A stretch of DNA of 64,000 bases, taken from Lama glama. Lineage: Eukaryota. The number at the start of each line of letters is the position of its first letter. The first letter of the stretch is position 1. The notes beneath the pieces were generated by a model, which saw only the letters and a program-made list of their open reading frames with translations, ran no database searches and was not told where the DNA came from. Where the stretch lies: positions 6,946,001 to 7,010,000 of the forward strand of contig CM052832.1 in NCBI GenBank assembly GCA_028534125.1. Reading direction: 5' to 3'. Positions 48,076-61,283 of this stretch are shown here, in pieces. The position numbers were made by a program, and so were the translations under genes.

Positions 48076-50749
48076 AGTATTTCTTGATTGATCAGTTGGT
48101 AAAAGCTTTCCTTTCAGCGATGACACTCCGCCCCACGCTGGCAGCCCATCCCCCAGCTCACGCCTCTCTTCTTAGACTCTTCTCTCCCCACGTGCTCCAG
48201 CTCCACATCGTCTGATGAATTCCTGGAATGCTAGAGTTGGAAGAGATCTTAGAGTCTTCCTGAGATTTATTACAGCAACAGCTCTTGACTGAAATAAAGG
48301 GTCTGAGGAACAAATGCACTTGCAAAACACTGAATTAAACAAAATTAAGTAAGTCCTTCACTGTAGAACTTCTCTGCAGTGAACTTCTATTATATTATAT
48401 TGGCCCATAATATGCTAACATGTGTTGGGAATCTTTGAGAAAGGAATATAATGACATCTCTCAATGCCCCACCCCTTCCTCCACTCCCTACTGTGGAACA
48501 CTTCTCTCTCTCTCTCTCTCTCTCTCTAACCTTCCCCTTGGATTCGGTTCCATGGACTACACCATGGGACCCTCTGGTCGACGTACCACAAGCCCCTGAT
48601 GCTGCAGGTGGGAATTTACTTCCCGGGATCACAGTGCCAAGCGAGCAGTGAGGCTGCCTGCCTCCCAGCTCAGAGTCTCTCCATTCCCACTCCATGGCTC
48701 CATCTTGATCTTCTCCGCCACTTTCTGGCCATACCACTAATTTAGCACTTTGCATGCTTGGTCATGTAGGCACTTATGTCTAGAACTAAATTATCACTTT
48801 CTGGAAGGGAGACGCCGTTTCAACACTCTTCTCATCTCCTCCTCAGTGTGTGTAGAGTCTGGCATGTGGTCAGTATACGCTTCCTGGAGAATGAACGGCA
48901 AAGGAGTGAGTGAGAGAGGTGAAAGTTTATCACTGCGATTTGAAAAGTGATCATACATCTCCCTGGGGACTATAATAGATGCGCCATGATTACACGTCCC
49001 ACTGGAAAAGGCAGTGCTTTCCATGACCTCACCACAGCGCTTGCCCATCACCTCTTATCAGGAATATCCTAATTTCAGGGGTGTTGAAACAAATCTGTAT
49101 CTTAAGGAGATACAGCAAAGACATTTCCTCAAAGCAAAACTCAGTTCTATGGATAATCTCATTCCATTGGAAACTCACTTTGAAATTTCCCAAAGCCTCA
49201 GAGTGGGAGAGGGGTGGGCAGCGAGTGGGAGGGAGGAAGGGTTTGGAGTCACAAGGCTAAAGAAGGAAAGCTAAGAGACTTCAGCCAAGGGCCAAAGCTG
49301 TGAGTGCCTTGAGGTTTTCAAGGGTAGTGGCCGTCGCTGCTGGGTGGACGCCAGCTGAAACTCAGCAGGCAGGGCACACAAATGGCATGAATTAATCTGA
49401 GATTGGCAATGACATGTTTGTTTTGGATAGAAGGGATGCCATTGTGGCTTCAGTGCAGTGGTTGGGTTGTTGTGGTTGGAGGGTGGGGAAAGGAGTGTCC
49501 TGGGTACAGTTGGGCCATGGCCCTTGGAAGCAATCCAAGAGGGTTCCTGGGTGTTTTTGGTAGCTGGGAGTCTCTGGATAAAACCATTTTCTCAAAGAAC
49601 CTCAAAGGAAAGCAGCAATCGCTCATTCTCAACCTGTGAACCAGAGGCTGAGGCTGACATGCTGATGGCCACGGGGTAATGCTCTAAAGTTGATCGACAC
49701 ATCTTCACTTTTTTTTTTTTTAATGGAAGGCCTCTTTCTCTGGCTGTGTAAACACTGGGGCCAGGAGAAGTCATTTCCCCATGGCCACAACACTGTCCAA
49801 ATTCACGAGTTCGACATTTCCAACCAGACCCATGCCCTCAATGGTCAGGTTGGTTTTCCTTTGGCCAAATGCAACCTTCTGCACTTGGACGGGGCAGCCT
49901 GGGGTGGAAGGGCGCCTACAGGGCTTGTTAAAAAGGGCAACAGAGTCTCCTGAGAGAGAAACCAGCTCTTTCCAGAGGGATATTCATGATTAAGTGCAAA
50001 TGAATCTGAAACACATGGATCAAATTTCTCTGAAATTACGCACAGTTTTAAAAATTAAGGGGAGAAAGGGAATGGTTTTTCTGGTAACCCCAAAACATCT
50101 GAAGAAGAAACACACAAACTTGTGCACACAAAAATAAACCAAACGATGGTGTCTGAGGCCTCCTATAAACCCAGGCTCCAGCCGAGCTGGTGCTTCCTCA
50201 GTGGGTTAGGCTGAGGCCTTCCGTCACATCAGCCACCATCAGCTTGACGTGAGACTCTGCAACTGGGAGCCCGTCTCCAACTGCAATGCGCTGCAGTTTT
50301 GAAGAGGGAGGCAGGGCAGTCGGGGAAAAAGCCCATTTTCTGTCGGTTAAGCCTCTCCATTAGTTACCTTTACCTTTATGAATGCTGTTAAGATTTGGGC
50401 TTTCACATACATAACTTTAAATCAGTAATATCCTTCATGGTTCCATGATTTGTTGGCTCCATATGTAACCCCTTGGCCCATTAAATTGGCTCCAACTCGA
50501 ATCCTGTGGCTCCTTTACTTCCCAGCTCTCTTTTTGCTGGGAAGGGGCATGGAGCAGAGGAGGGGGCAGGCAGAAGAAATGAGAAGAAGCTAGAGAAAGC
50601 AGGAAAAAATGGAATTCTTTCTACTGAAATTTCTAAATGTGGAACTCATTGTCTGTCCTGGCTTTGAGGTAGAAAAAAGGACAACAACAAAACCCTAAGA
50701 GTTTAAATATTTGTTGAAGTCTGGATTTCTCCCTGCACCCGCCATCCCT

Positions 50750-51330
50750 TCTTGTAAAATTAAAGCTGAAGCTAGCAGTTCACATCTAGCTCTTGAAATG
50801 TCACCAGCAACACTGCTATTATTCTGATTTTTTCTGGGCAACGCCCGTCGGTTCCCGGCTGCAGCTCAATTAAGCTAACTCTGCTTCCCTCAGAGCTGGC
50901 CTGACAGCTGCATTGAATTTGGGTTCACGGGGTGATTTATCGGACCCGCTGATGTACAGCCGCATGATTTAGGAGTGCAAAAAAGCCTGGAATGCACCGA
51001 AAAGCAATATATGCATTCTTATTAATAATAATAATAAAGATGGATGTCAGCCCCAAGTGGCTCTGGTGGCCCCTGCCACTCCATTTAACATTTTAACGGT
51101 GGCATGTGGCCCCTGCATGGCACTTGATCCTGTCTGGTGCCTTCAAGGAGGCTAAGAAAAGGTTATTTGTCAAAGGCTGGGTCAGAGCCGGGGGTGGGGG
51201 TGGGGTGGGTATTTTTAAAGCTCTGGGTCAGACCAGCCCAGCTGCATTCCTGTCCCTGTCATTGAAGGAGCTGAACTTTGTCACATTATTAAGCTGTCAG
51301 CAACACCGGGGCGTTGTTTAGATTTCTGGT
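50750..51330. promoter_or_regulatory. Repeat-free candidate developmental enhancer (MEIS and PBX-HOX-type motifs)
   Basis: TGACAG (50902), TGATTTAT (50933), TGATTTAG (about 50966), several TGTCA and TAAT/ATTA sites, and retained CpGs. Confidence 0.4.
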
Positions 51331-53699
51331 GGGAACTCCTCACACATGCTCCAGGGCTCCATGGGGATTTTATCAACACTATTGTAAAACATGCACAAAT
51401 GAGCTATGCTGGAATCGCCCTGGGAAGACCAGGCTTGCTTGGCCTCATCAGGCGGCGGTGGAAGTTCCAGAGCTGGGCTCTCCTGCCACCCACCGCACCC
51501 TCCCCAGCGCCCTCTGCAAGCACCCACTGCGAGGGGGTCCCTCTGCTCTGCCGCGTCCCTTCTTCCCAAGTCCCGGCTGAGATGATGCTGAAATGCTCTG
51601 AGTTCAGATTCGCGCAGAGCTGATGTGGCCAACCGGTCCAGGTCCAAGTTCAGTCTGCCTGTTTATCCCTTTCTCCTCACAGCCCATTTCCTCCCTCACT
51701 CCGAGAGCGAAATGTTCTCCGAGTCTTCCAGGCTGGGAGCTGGGAAACCTCCAGATACAAATTAGGAAGCTTAAATGTCAGGAATTATGGGGTGCACTGT
51801 CTCTGTAAAGGAAGGACTGCATTCAAAGCGGACTGGAATCAAGAGTCTGGCTTCAAATTTTAGCTCTCAACAGCAAGACTCTGGGGAAGGGGTTCAGGGC
51901 TGGGGGTTTCCAGCAGCCCTCAGATCACATCACTGCTGGCAGTGGAGCTGCCTCCAAACTGAGGATAACGGGGCAGGGAAAGGAGTATGGGCGGAAGATG
52001 AGTGGTAATGGGGCCACCTGCAAGGATGCTCCAGGTCTTTATAAAGCTAGGAGAGCAATGTTCCGACCACAGCCAACCCCACAGCCTGGGTCACTTTGGA
52101 GTCACTCAAGTATCAGGCTAGCCTTGAGCAGTGTGAACAAACCCTGTCCCCTGCTGGCTTTGTGACCTCAGGCCACGACCACCTGTACAGCATGTTTACC
52201 GTAGCATGTGCCTTGTGGGCTGATGTAAGGACTCGACCAGATAACGCAGATAGCAAGGTTGATTACCCTCCTGAACAACGAAACAGGCAGCTCTCCCATG
52301 CTGATTTTTCTAAGGAAAGCAAATCCGCGCCCTCAGTGCTCCCCCGCGTGCCTGGCTTTTTCCGGACTGGCGGCTGCTGCAGGTTCCGGGCCTGGCTGCG
52401 CTGCTAACCCGCCGTGTGAACTTGAGAAATGACCCTCCGGCTGGTGAGGAAGGTGCCCTCCTGACTCAGTCCTCTAACTTCTGGGATTCTTTTTCAACTT
52501 GTATGATCAAAAACAGAGCGAAGGACTCAGAGCCACTGTTCAGATCCCCGGGGCCACGTGGGGCCAAAACAACGTAGGCAGTGACACTTGCACAATTGAG
52601 AGACCCACACCTAAGTGAAAACACATGGCCGCTTCCCCACGCCTCCCCGTGCGCACAGCACGTGGGTGGTCCCCGCAGGGAAGTGGAAACCATCGGGTAC
52701 CTGCTCGGAGGATTTTTTGCCACATAAGAAGAACCCCAGATCTTTCTCTAGACCTCCCACCGCCGCCAAGCAGGTCCATAACTCCGCAAAGAAGCCCTCA
52801 GGGATGGGAAGCTTCTCCTAACAAGGTCCCTTGTGACCACCATGGGGAACTGGCTAACAATCTCATTAGATGGGTTTGTTCTGGGCTTTCAGACGGATGC
52901 TCTGGGCACTTCGGGTGGAAGCCACAGACCTTTCCCAAGATACGGAAGGCATTAGGAGTCCCTCCTCCTCCTTTCCAGTTGGTGGTGGTGGATATTGTTA
53001 ATGACAATCACAGATGCCACCACGTTTGTTAACAAGCAAGGCGAGCGAAAGGCAAATCATCACCCATGGACACAAGACACCGAGATACTGGGGCAGGTCA
53101 CCAGCACATCACGGTTCAGACTTGGAATTTAGATGGAAGGACGCTGAGCGACCCCTGGTTCTGCCATCATGTAACCCTCGGCCAGCCACTTCCGCTGGTC
53201 GCACCACCCCCTCCATTCAGAATGGAAAAGAATGATGGTGCATCCCCAGACTCCCCTCCTTAGAGGGCTCTGGGATTAGGAATAATAAGTGGAAATGAGC
53301 TTTTCACAATCCTCGTCTCCGAGAAAATTTCACGAAACAATACACCTAACGTTCTTGACACAGAGGTGGGCGTCCAGTAAGAGCTCAGTAATTATTGACT
53401 ATTGTCATTGTTGCCAATTGATCTGCTTCCCAGGGATGATGTTAGTACTGGATAATGAGCTGAATGCCGTGAAACTATTATTTTACTTCATGCTCGCAAC
53501 TTGAAGGGGACAACATTCTTTTGCACATTTCACACGTGAGGCTCAAGAAGTCCTCTAGATGGGGCAGGGACCCCTATCCAGGCCCTCTAACTCCAAAGCT
53601 GGTGCTCGTTCACTTCTAACTAAATGAAATAGTGTGTATTGGGGCACAGTACTGTTGGTAACTCTTATCAGTATTATTCCACCAAAGACTCTGGCTTCC

Positions 53700-54240
53700 T
53701 AGTATAATCTCTATCTGTTAGAATTTGACCACATGTGACAGGACACTCAGCTATCAGTGGCCCAGGTGATAAAGGTATTACATTATCTTATATAAACACA
53801 AGGATGGAGGAAAGTGGTTCTAGATCCTGTAGCTCTGTCAAGTCAGAATATCAAGGAGCTGGGTTGGCATTTCCACGATTCTCTCGTCTTTCCCTCTTTG
53901 CTGCAAGATGACTGCCAAAGGCCCAATCATCACATCTTCACACCAAAGCATCCCAGTGAAGAAGGAAGTGAGGGGGTCAGAAGATCTTTTTCTCACGCAT
54001 CTCCTTTTTTTTTTTTTTGTTATTATGAGAAATATCTTTTCCAGAGGCCCCTAACAGAGTTCTACTTATGTCAAATTGGCTGAATTGAGTCACTGGCATA
54101 GGGGAAGAGAGTGGCTATATTTGAACTAGAAAAATCATATTCATCTCCTGAGACTTCAAGAAGAAAATCAGAGTTCTGATTAGCAAGGGGGACTGGGGAA
54201 AGTCAGCAGTATAGGGTAGTCAGCAATTCCTCTACATAGA
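53700..54240 (-). mobile_element. Old MaLR LTR (MLT1L/N-like)
   Basis: 'caagatgactgccaaag...catcacatcttcacac', 'ctttccagagg', 'cttatgtcaaattggctgaattgagtcac', 'gttctgattagcaagg'. Confidence 0.55.
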
Positions 54241-54536
54241 ATCAGGGTCTGACTCAAGAGTGAATGCCATTTGTGTACTCTTATTTTATTATTACACTAT
54301 CCCTTTCATTACTTAAATACTAGATTGTAAGACTGAAGGATGATTCCTAGATCAGTGGATTCACATGGTAGTTATGCAAATTGAGTTATGCAAATGGAGG
54401 TCTAGAGAGTTTAAAAATGATATTTCAAGGTCACAAGGGCAATTACATACTGCTGGCAGGTCACTGAAATATGGACATGTAGGTGTCAAGGGTGCTCTTT
54501 GGGAAATTTTTTAAAATGTTTCTGAACCTCTGAATC

Positions 54537-54728
54537 AGGATTTCTCAAAGCCCGAGACTTCACCACCATCAGAATCCCCATCAGAATCCCCTGGGTTCTT
54601 ATTAAAAGTTATGATTCCTGGACCTCATTTAAGATTCCCTGAATCAGGTTCTCAATGGGTGAGGCTCACATTTGCTATTTGAACAAACTGTCTAGATGTT
54701 TTATGAACCAAGGATTGGTATCCACTGC
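54537..54728. mobile_element. MER5-family hAT-Charlie MITE
   Basis: 'caggatttctcaaag...catcagaatcccctggg...gattcctggacctc...ctgaatcag...tccactg'; contains a short tandem duplication of ccatcagaatcc. Confidence 0.65.
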
Positions 54729-54873
54729 CAGAGGGGCTGGCATTTCCCCCAGATAGAAGGCTCACATGGACCAGACCTGGGACAGGGAGAAGGATGTCTC
54801 TGAGGACCCAGGCAGACCTCCATGGAAACGTGAAAGTAGACAGACAGGAAAGCACTGGGTCATAAAATTCCCT

Positions 54874-55390
54874 TGTATTCATTTTCTTTGATGCATGACA
54901 GATGACGCCAAACTTCCTGGCTTCAAACAACACATGTTTATTATCTCACAGTTCCTGTGGGTTGGGAGTCTGGGCACAGCTGAGCTGGACCTTCTGCTTC
55001 AGGATCTTTCACAGGGCTGCAACTAAGAGGTCATTTGGGGCTGACGTCTAATCTGAAGATTTAACTGGGGAAGAATCTGCTTCCAAGCTTACATGGTTAT
55101 TGGCAGCGTTCAGTTCCTTACAAGTTGTTGGATTAGGACCTTGGCTCCTTGTTGGCTATTAGTAGAAGACTTCTGAGAGTTTCTGGCCGTATGAGCAACT
55201 TACTTCATGAAAGCCTGCAAAGGAGTCTTCTACCAAGAAGGAAGTGACAACATTTCAACCTAATCATAGAACTTGATCACATAACCTAATCAACATCACT
55301 ATATTCTATTGGCTAGAAGTAGTTCACTCAAGGGAAGGGGGTTATAAAAGGCTATAAACACCAGGAAATGGGGATTATTGGGAACCTCCA
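54874..55390 (-). mobile_element. MaLR LTR (MLT1E/F-like)
   Basis: 'ggcttcaaacaacacatgtttattatctcacagttcctgtgggt', 'aactggggaagaatctgcttccaagct', 'atattctattggctagaag'. Confidence 0.8.
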
Positions 55391-57423
55391 TACTGAAAAA
55401 TTTCTCTCTCAACCAAAGTGGGTGAAGCTGTTGAAGAGAATTGTGGGTAATGCAAATACATGACATGGACAGGATTATATTAATCCATCTATATCATCTC
55501 TCAAAGTACTTGATTACATTAGCAAGTCACCTTGTATTTATTCATGAACTATTAATGATGATGGACTAGAGGTAGGTGTTTCCAGGCATACTAGATGTAT
55601 AAAACAGGGGGCGGCCCTCAAGAGCATTTTAGTCCAAAAGGAGAGATAAATTATTATAATACCTGCTGGTAAATTTCTCTTGCCAAAATCCTCCCTCTGA
55701 AGCCACTTCTGGAAGTGAGAGCACAGGGTCTCCTAAAGTCTCCTATTAAATGCAAATATATTATCCCTGGATGGAGAACGTAAGTGACGTTATATTTCAG
55801 AAAGATTTGCCTGACAGTCAAAGAACAGGTGTGTGTAGAAACGCCAGCTCAGACGTGGTGGCAGGCTGGTGGGGGCAATGCTGTTCAGCCTTGGGGGGGA
55901 GGTACTGTAGAAAGCGCCCCCTGTGACCGGGGAGGGGGCTGTGGCAGCAAGTGCTGAAAGGGAGGAGACAAGCACTACCAAAGGGACATTCTTCACCAAT
56001 AATTCTGTCAGGTGGACTCAAGTTTCAGCCAACAAAAAATCAGCAAAGAAAGATGCTTGGTAAAATGTGAAATCCTTTAGCCAACACCCCCCATAAAATA
56101 CTATTAATGTGAAAGGAAGTATAAAAGGAGGGTCATTAATTACTTTTATGCATCCAGCAAGTATTTATTGAATGCTTTCTCTGTGCAAAGTACGGGGGCC
56201 CCTGTCTCTGCTCCTGTGTGACTTGCTGTGGGACCACAAGCCAGAAAACTCCACGTTTCCTTGTAATACCTGGGGTTCCTATGGGATTCCCGCCAGGCAG
56301 GATAAACTATGGCCCTGCTCCTCATTTCACGAAGCTCTCCTGGGGAGAACAATGAGAGAAGCCAGCCTGACATTTAGAAAGTGCGAGCCCCGAATGGAAA
56401 GTGCCTCTTGGAAAGAGCAGGAAGACAGGCGCCCAGAGTTTTGGAAAGAGCGTTTGATGACAATGCTGGAGGGACTGCTCCTTTGAGGGAGTTTAACGTA
56501 TTTGCTGAACCCTAATTGGTGGGATGTAGAGGTGAATGAACCATCTATTTGAGAGGCGATCAGATGCTTGTCTCCCAGAGCCAGGCTAGGGAAAGGATGC
56601 CGGGATCACTCCAGGCCAGGGAGGTGGGAGGGACAGGTCTCCAGCGGAGGTTCCTGAACAGAGTCAACTGCTTTGTGATCTCCAAAAACCAGGGCTGGAG
56701 GAGGAGGGGAGACAATGTTTGCCCTGAGCTACCTGATTCTTGTTCTAGTTGAAGCACCTGAATTAACACTGCAAGGTATCTAGCCCACGTCCAATCAGGT
56801 TTTAACTTTGCCTATACTGGTCCCTCAAGTTCACGACAGCTCGTGGAAACCCCTTATGAGGATGAAGAGCACACAAACCAGTGTCTCTGACCTAGACTAG
56901 CCTTACAAGCTTGAGGCCCTTGTCTTGGTGTTCAAGGCTCTTGAAATTCAGCGTATTCTGTGGAGCAGGCGTGGTGGAGGTCCTCACAGGTGGACATCCA
57001 GAAGCTCTGGCGTCTAGGATGGACATCTAACCCCCAAGCACTCTAGAGGGAAGAGTCTGAAACTTCAACAGAGCCTAGAAACCTTGAGATTCTAATCACA
57101 AGGCAAAGCTCGGGGGCCAGATGAGGGAAGAAGGTTTTCCTCTATTGGCCACAGAGTAAGTTACCCCTCTTAGAACAAATCTTACCATCTTCCACAGATG
57201 GTGACTGGTGAAGATGCGTGCAGCTGAGGAGGAGAGACAATCTGGCTTGTTGGTGGGTCTCCTCCTGAGACAGTGCTCATGATCTGCCTTTATTTTTTAG
57301 TTTCTCTCCTGATTTTAATACTTGTGAGCTTTATACTATTAGAGAACTAACGTACATAACACATGTCACAATTTACTTGGATGAGTTTATGTACTATTAT
57401 GATTCTTTTTCTTCCACATTTCT

Positions 57424-57655
57424 TTTTTTTTTAACATTTTTTATTGAATTATAGTCATTTTACAATGTTGGGTCAAATTCCAGTGTAGAGCACAATTTTT
57501 CAGTTATACATGAACATACATATATTCATTGTCACATGTTTTTTTTGCTGTGAGCTACCACAAGATCTTGTGTATATTTTCCTGTGCTATACAGTATAAT
57601 CTTGTTTATCTATTCTGCATATGCCTGTCAGTATCTGCAAATTTTGAAATCCCAG
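57424..57655 (-). mobile_element. Young 5'-truncated L1 (232 bp), probably camelid-lineage
   Basis: Poly-T followed by 'ttttattgaattatagtcattttacaatgttg...caaattccagtgtagagcacaattttt'. 14-bp TSD tcttccacatttct (57410-57423) / tcttccacacttct (57656-57669). Confidence 0.9.
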
Positions 57656-60600
57656 TCTTCCACACTTCTAACGTTTCCCCTGCCCCCCAATAGTTTCTCT
57701 TCTGGAGCCTGCGGACAGGACATTAAGACTTGCCAGGGTGGCCGGGAGGGAAAGGGGTGGATTAGGATGGAGAGAGGAGACCCACCTACTTCAAGACCCT
57801 CCTGCTATCTTGAAGCTAGACTTCTGAGCTGGAGCAAATTTATCTGGTTTGCAGGAAAGTTCTTAGAAAATGAGGAATTTCTGAATGTTCGAATAAGGAG
57901 CCACTTGGAGATCTTCTGTTAACAATCCATTCTTAGAAGCCAGGAAAGAGCCAGTAATGTGCCCAGGTCACAAACAACAAAGAACAAACCTGAGATACGA
58001 TGCTGGGTGTGTCTGGCTCCCAAGTCTGGATGCTGTGTCTGTGCTGAGCCACCCTTGCGAAGCTCAGACACTGACACCGCAGAGGGATTCAAGCATCAAG
58101 CACATCTCCCCGCAAGCCATCTGCAGTGAGCACTTTCTACTTGAGAACATAAATCTCGGTCCTGTACTACAGCGGGTAGCATGTTCTGACTCCTGCTGTG
58201 TCTCTTCTCTGGTGCCCCCCCCCCATATGTCCAGCCATTCCCTGGGCCCCAGAAGACACGAAGATCTTGTGCAGTGGAATTGAACCCCTTGGGGACAGAA
58301 TACCCACCCATCCCTCTTTTGTAACTTTCCCTGCAGTAACCTTTATAACAACTTACACAACAGAAACTAACAAGAGTCAACAATAAGAATCCCAGTTGAA
58401 GGACATGTGACTATTGAAAAAGCACAGAGTATATTTTAGCTCATAGAGCAGAGCCAATCTGGAAATAATCTGGTTTCGCTATGCCTCTAGTATAACCCCG
58501 GGAAAACACAAGACCCTCACAGAACTCACTATCTCTAATTTCTTTTGTTGCAATTTTCCAATAACATCTGGCAGTGGCCCAAGTTCTCAGAGGACTAATA
58601 AGGATAAGAATGTCCCTGATTTTCCTTCAAAATGAGAAATCATTTCAACGTGAGGAGTCTGCCCGCAACTGGCACCATCCCCATGGGTCTCTGGATTTCA
58701 GGAAAGGGACCGGGCCTCTCTCTGGCCATCCCAACAGCCGCCCAGACTTATAATTATTCAGTCAGCAGCCCAGAATTGTGGCCTACTTAGTTTTCTCTAA
58801 AAGCACTTAAGGACAGTTTAATGAAAGGAAAGAGCAGCAGAGAAAGGGGAAAAAAATGCTTTTTTTAGGAACAGAACAAAATATCATGTTTTCTTCTCTC
58901 TCTCTCTCTTTTTCCCCTTTTGCAATTTTTCTCCTCAGAGAAAATTATAGTCTTGAAAGCCAGCAATGTGCTCTGTGTGTTTTGCTTATTACAGTGGTTA
59001 AAACGAGAACCATGGGTGATGGAGTATCATTCTGGCATTCCCGATGCCCGGATATGTTTGTGCAAACATCGTTGTGGGCGAGGTATGAACAGCGACGAGC
59101 CCGTGTTGTCCGGAGATGCTTCCCCTTGTCTTTGTTTATTTGTCCAGCCTTGTGGCCTTTCTCTGGAATCCATCCCTTGTATTCCATTTTATAGCTTCTG
59201 CCTCTTCTCGTTTTTCTCGAACTTCTTGCCCACCTCCCTCGAGGAGCATCGAAATGTTTCTGGGCCAAACAATTTGCAAAGGAAATGGTTCAAGTTAGAA
59301 ATGGAGGGAAGATGGCGGCTGTAATCACCAGATAGGTTTTCGAGTTGTTACCACTTCATTTCCTTTGCTTTGTATCTGTGTCTTTCTCTATCTTCTGTTC
59401 CTATCAGTAGGATTCCAGCAAGAGGCACTGTCCCCTCCTACCCAACCATCTCTAACCCTTTTCCTAGCCAGGATGATCTAAAAGCCAAAAAATAGAAAAA
59501 TAAAATCATAATAGCATTCCATGGCAATATTGCAGAGCACTGAGTCAAAGGCCATTGGGACACTGAGGGATAACACTCGTCTCCTCTCCACCCCCTGGTC
59601 TGAAAGGGCTTGCAATGCACAGAAACGAAAGACATGAGCCATGAATAAGACCAGACCGATCAAGGGCCACAGGAGTGCAGAGGATTAAGGGCCCTCTGAG
59701 GGTGGGAAGATTCCAGGAAGTCTCCACGGAAGAGCTGGGCTGAGGGATGAAGGGGACCCCGGAAAATGAGTGACAAGTTAGGAGAACTTTTCAGACAGGA
59801 GAAGCTGTGAGCTTTAGAGGCAGGTCGCTCGCCGTCGTCCTGGGGTCAGTTCAACACTGGTGGGGAGACTGGTGGGGCCGCCCATAGGGAAACTTTCAAA
59901 ATAGGCAGGACTTTTATTCTAGATGAACTAATTTGCCCACTTCGTTAGCCTCTGGTGCTAAGAATGCAAATTTTGTGAGTTTGAGTCCTCTTCCTAAAAT
60001 CTAGTTTCTACTTAGCTATTGGGTTCTAACTTTTGGGGGACACACACACTTTGGGATTTGGACAAAAGACTATCTCCCTAGAAAAATTCACAGAAATACA
60101 AAATTAGGCTTGAATTTCAGGGGCTTCCGGAAGCCTCTTTCTGAAAATCAGGTGTTAAGATGCCTCAACTAAACCATCCCAGAGAAAGAGATTGATTTTT
60201 ATTTATCTTGGTAGCCTGATGTCCACGACATAGCAGTTGATCACTGAAGGTTGAATGAATAGGAATGTGTTCTGTGTCCGCCTCACTTTTGGGCCCCCAG
60301 GGACTTCATCAATCTGCCTTTCTGGGGCCACAGTCTCAAGTTCCCTGCTGACTCCGGTGCCTGCGTGGAAGGCTCTCGTACGTAGGACCAGCTTGTTGAG
60401 CTTCTAGCTCCTATCCTGGTCTCCAAGAACCTGCCCTTTTCTTGAATCCATCTTCTTATTGCTATGTGTCTGTCTTGCATCTTCCCTCCTGAGGCCTGGG
60501 CTCTCTCTGGCAGCTGAGAGTGGAAGAGATCAGTGTCGACATGAGAAAGGAAGAGAAACAGAATTGGAAACCAGCTCATTCTGATGTCAATCTGGAAATG

Positions 60601-61283
60601 TCGGTGTTGTGCCTTGGAAAGAATGTTTGGCTTTAAGGTTTTTTTTTTTCCTCTACGTTTTCCTTCCAAGTACGATATTTTCTGTTGAATTAAATTATAC
60701 TTCAGTTGTTGCGTCAAGTGAAGTTGTTAAATTAAAAAAAATTTCTTTTAAAATTTGAATTCATGCACATTTTTAGTTAAATTCTCCCAATACTCCTGTA
60801 GGTGAGCCAGGTATTTCCCCACAAGTGACATTAATGTGACATATTCAAAGGCATCCAGAAGCCAGGAGTGGGAGTGAGCTGGAGCTCTCCTTCCTGTGGT
60901 GCCCCCAGTTCAATGGTCTTTCTTTTCTCTCACTTCTGTTCCAGGTAAACTCCATGCATCTTCATGGTTGCCTCCTGGAAAGTGCCTCAGTCTTAACTTT
61001 CTAACCCTGCAGTGCCTCTAAGGAGGGGACTGAAGCCTGGTGGAGGGGGGTGCATATCCTGGGAAGGTCAGGAAGGACGATGCTTTGTGGCAGGGAAAGC
61101 TGGTCATACTCCCTCTCGTCATACGCCATGTGAAGAAAGGTTATTCAAAATTTGGAAATAACACAAAGGATTACTGAGTTCCTTCTCAGAGTCATACTAG
61201 AGCACTGTCTCACTAACCTTCCTAAGAGTTGTCTGATTTTGTCCTGGGGATATAGATTTTTTTTTTAAGTCACTGTTGCTGGC

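Noticed and set aside
55913..55928. CTCF-like AGGGGGCGCT on the - strand
   Set aside because: The 5' half of the core (CCAS) does not match; too weak to list as a feature.
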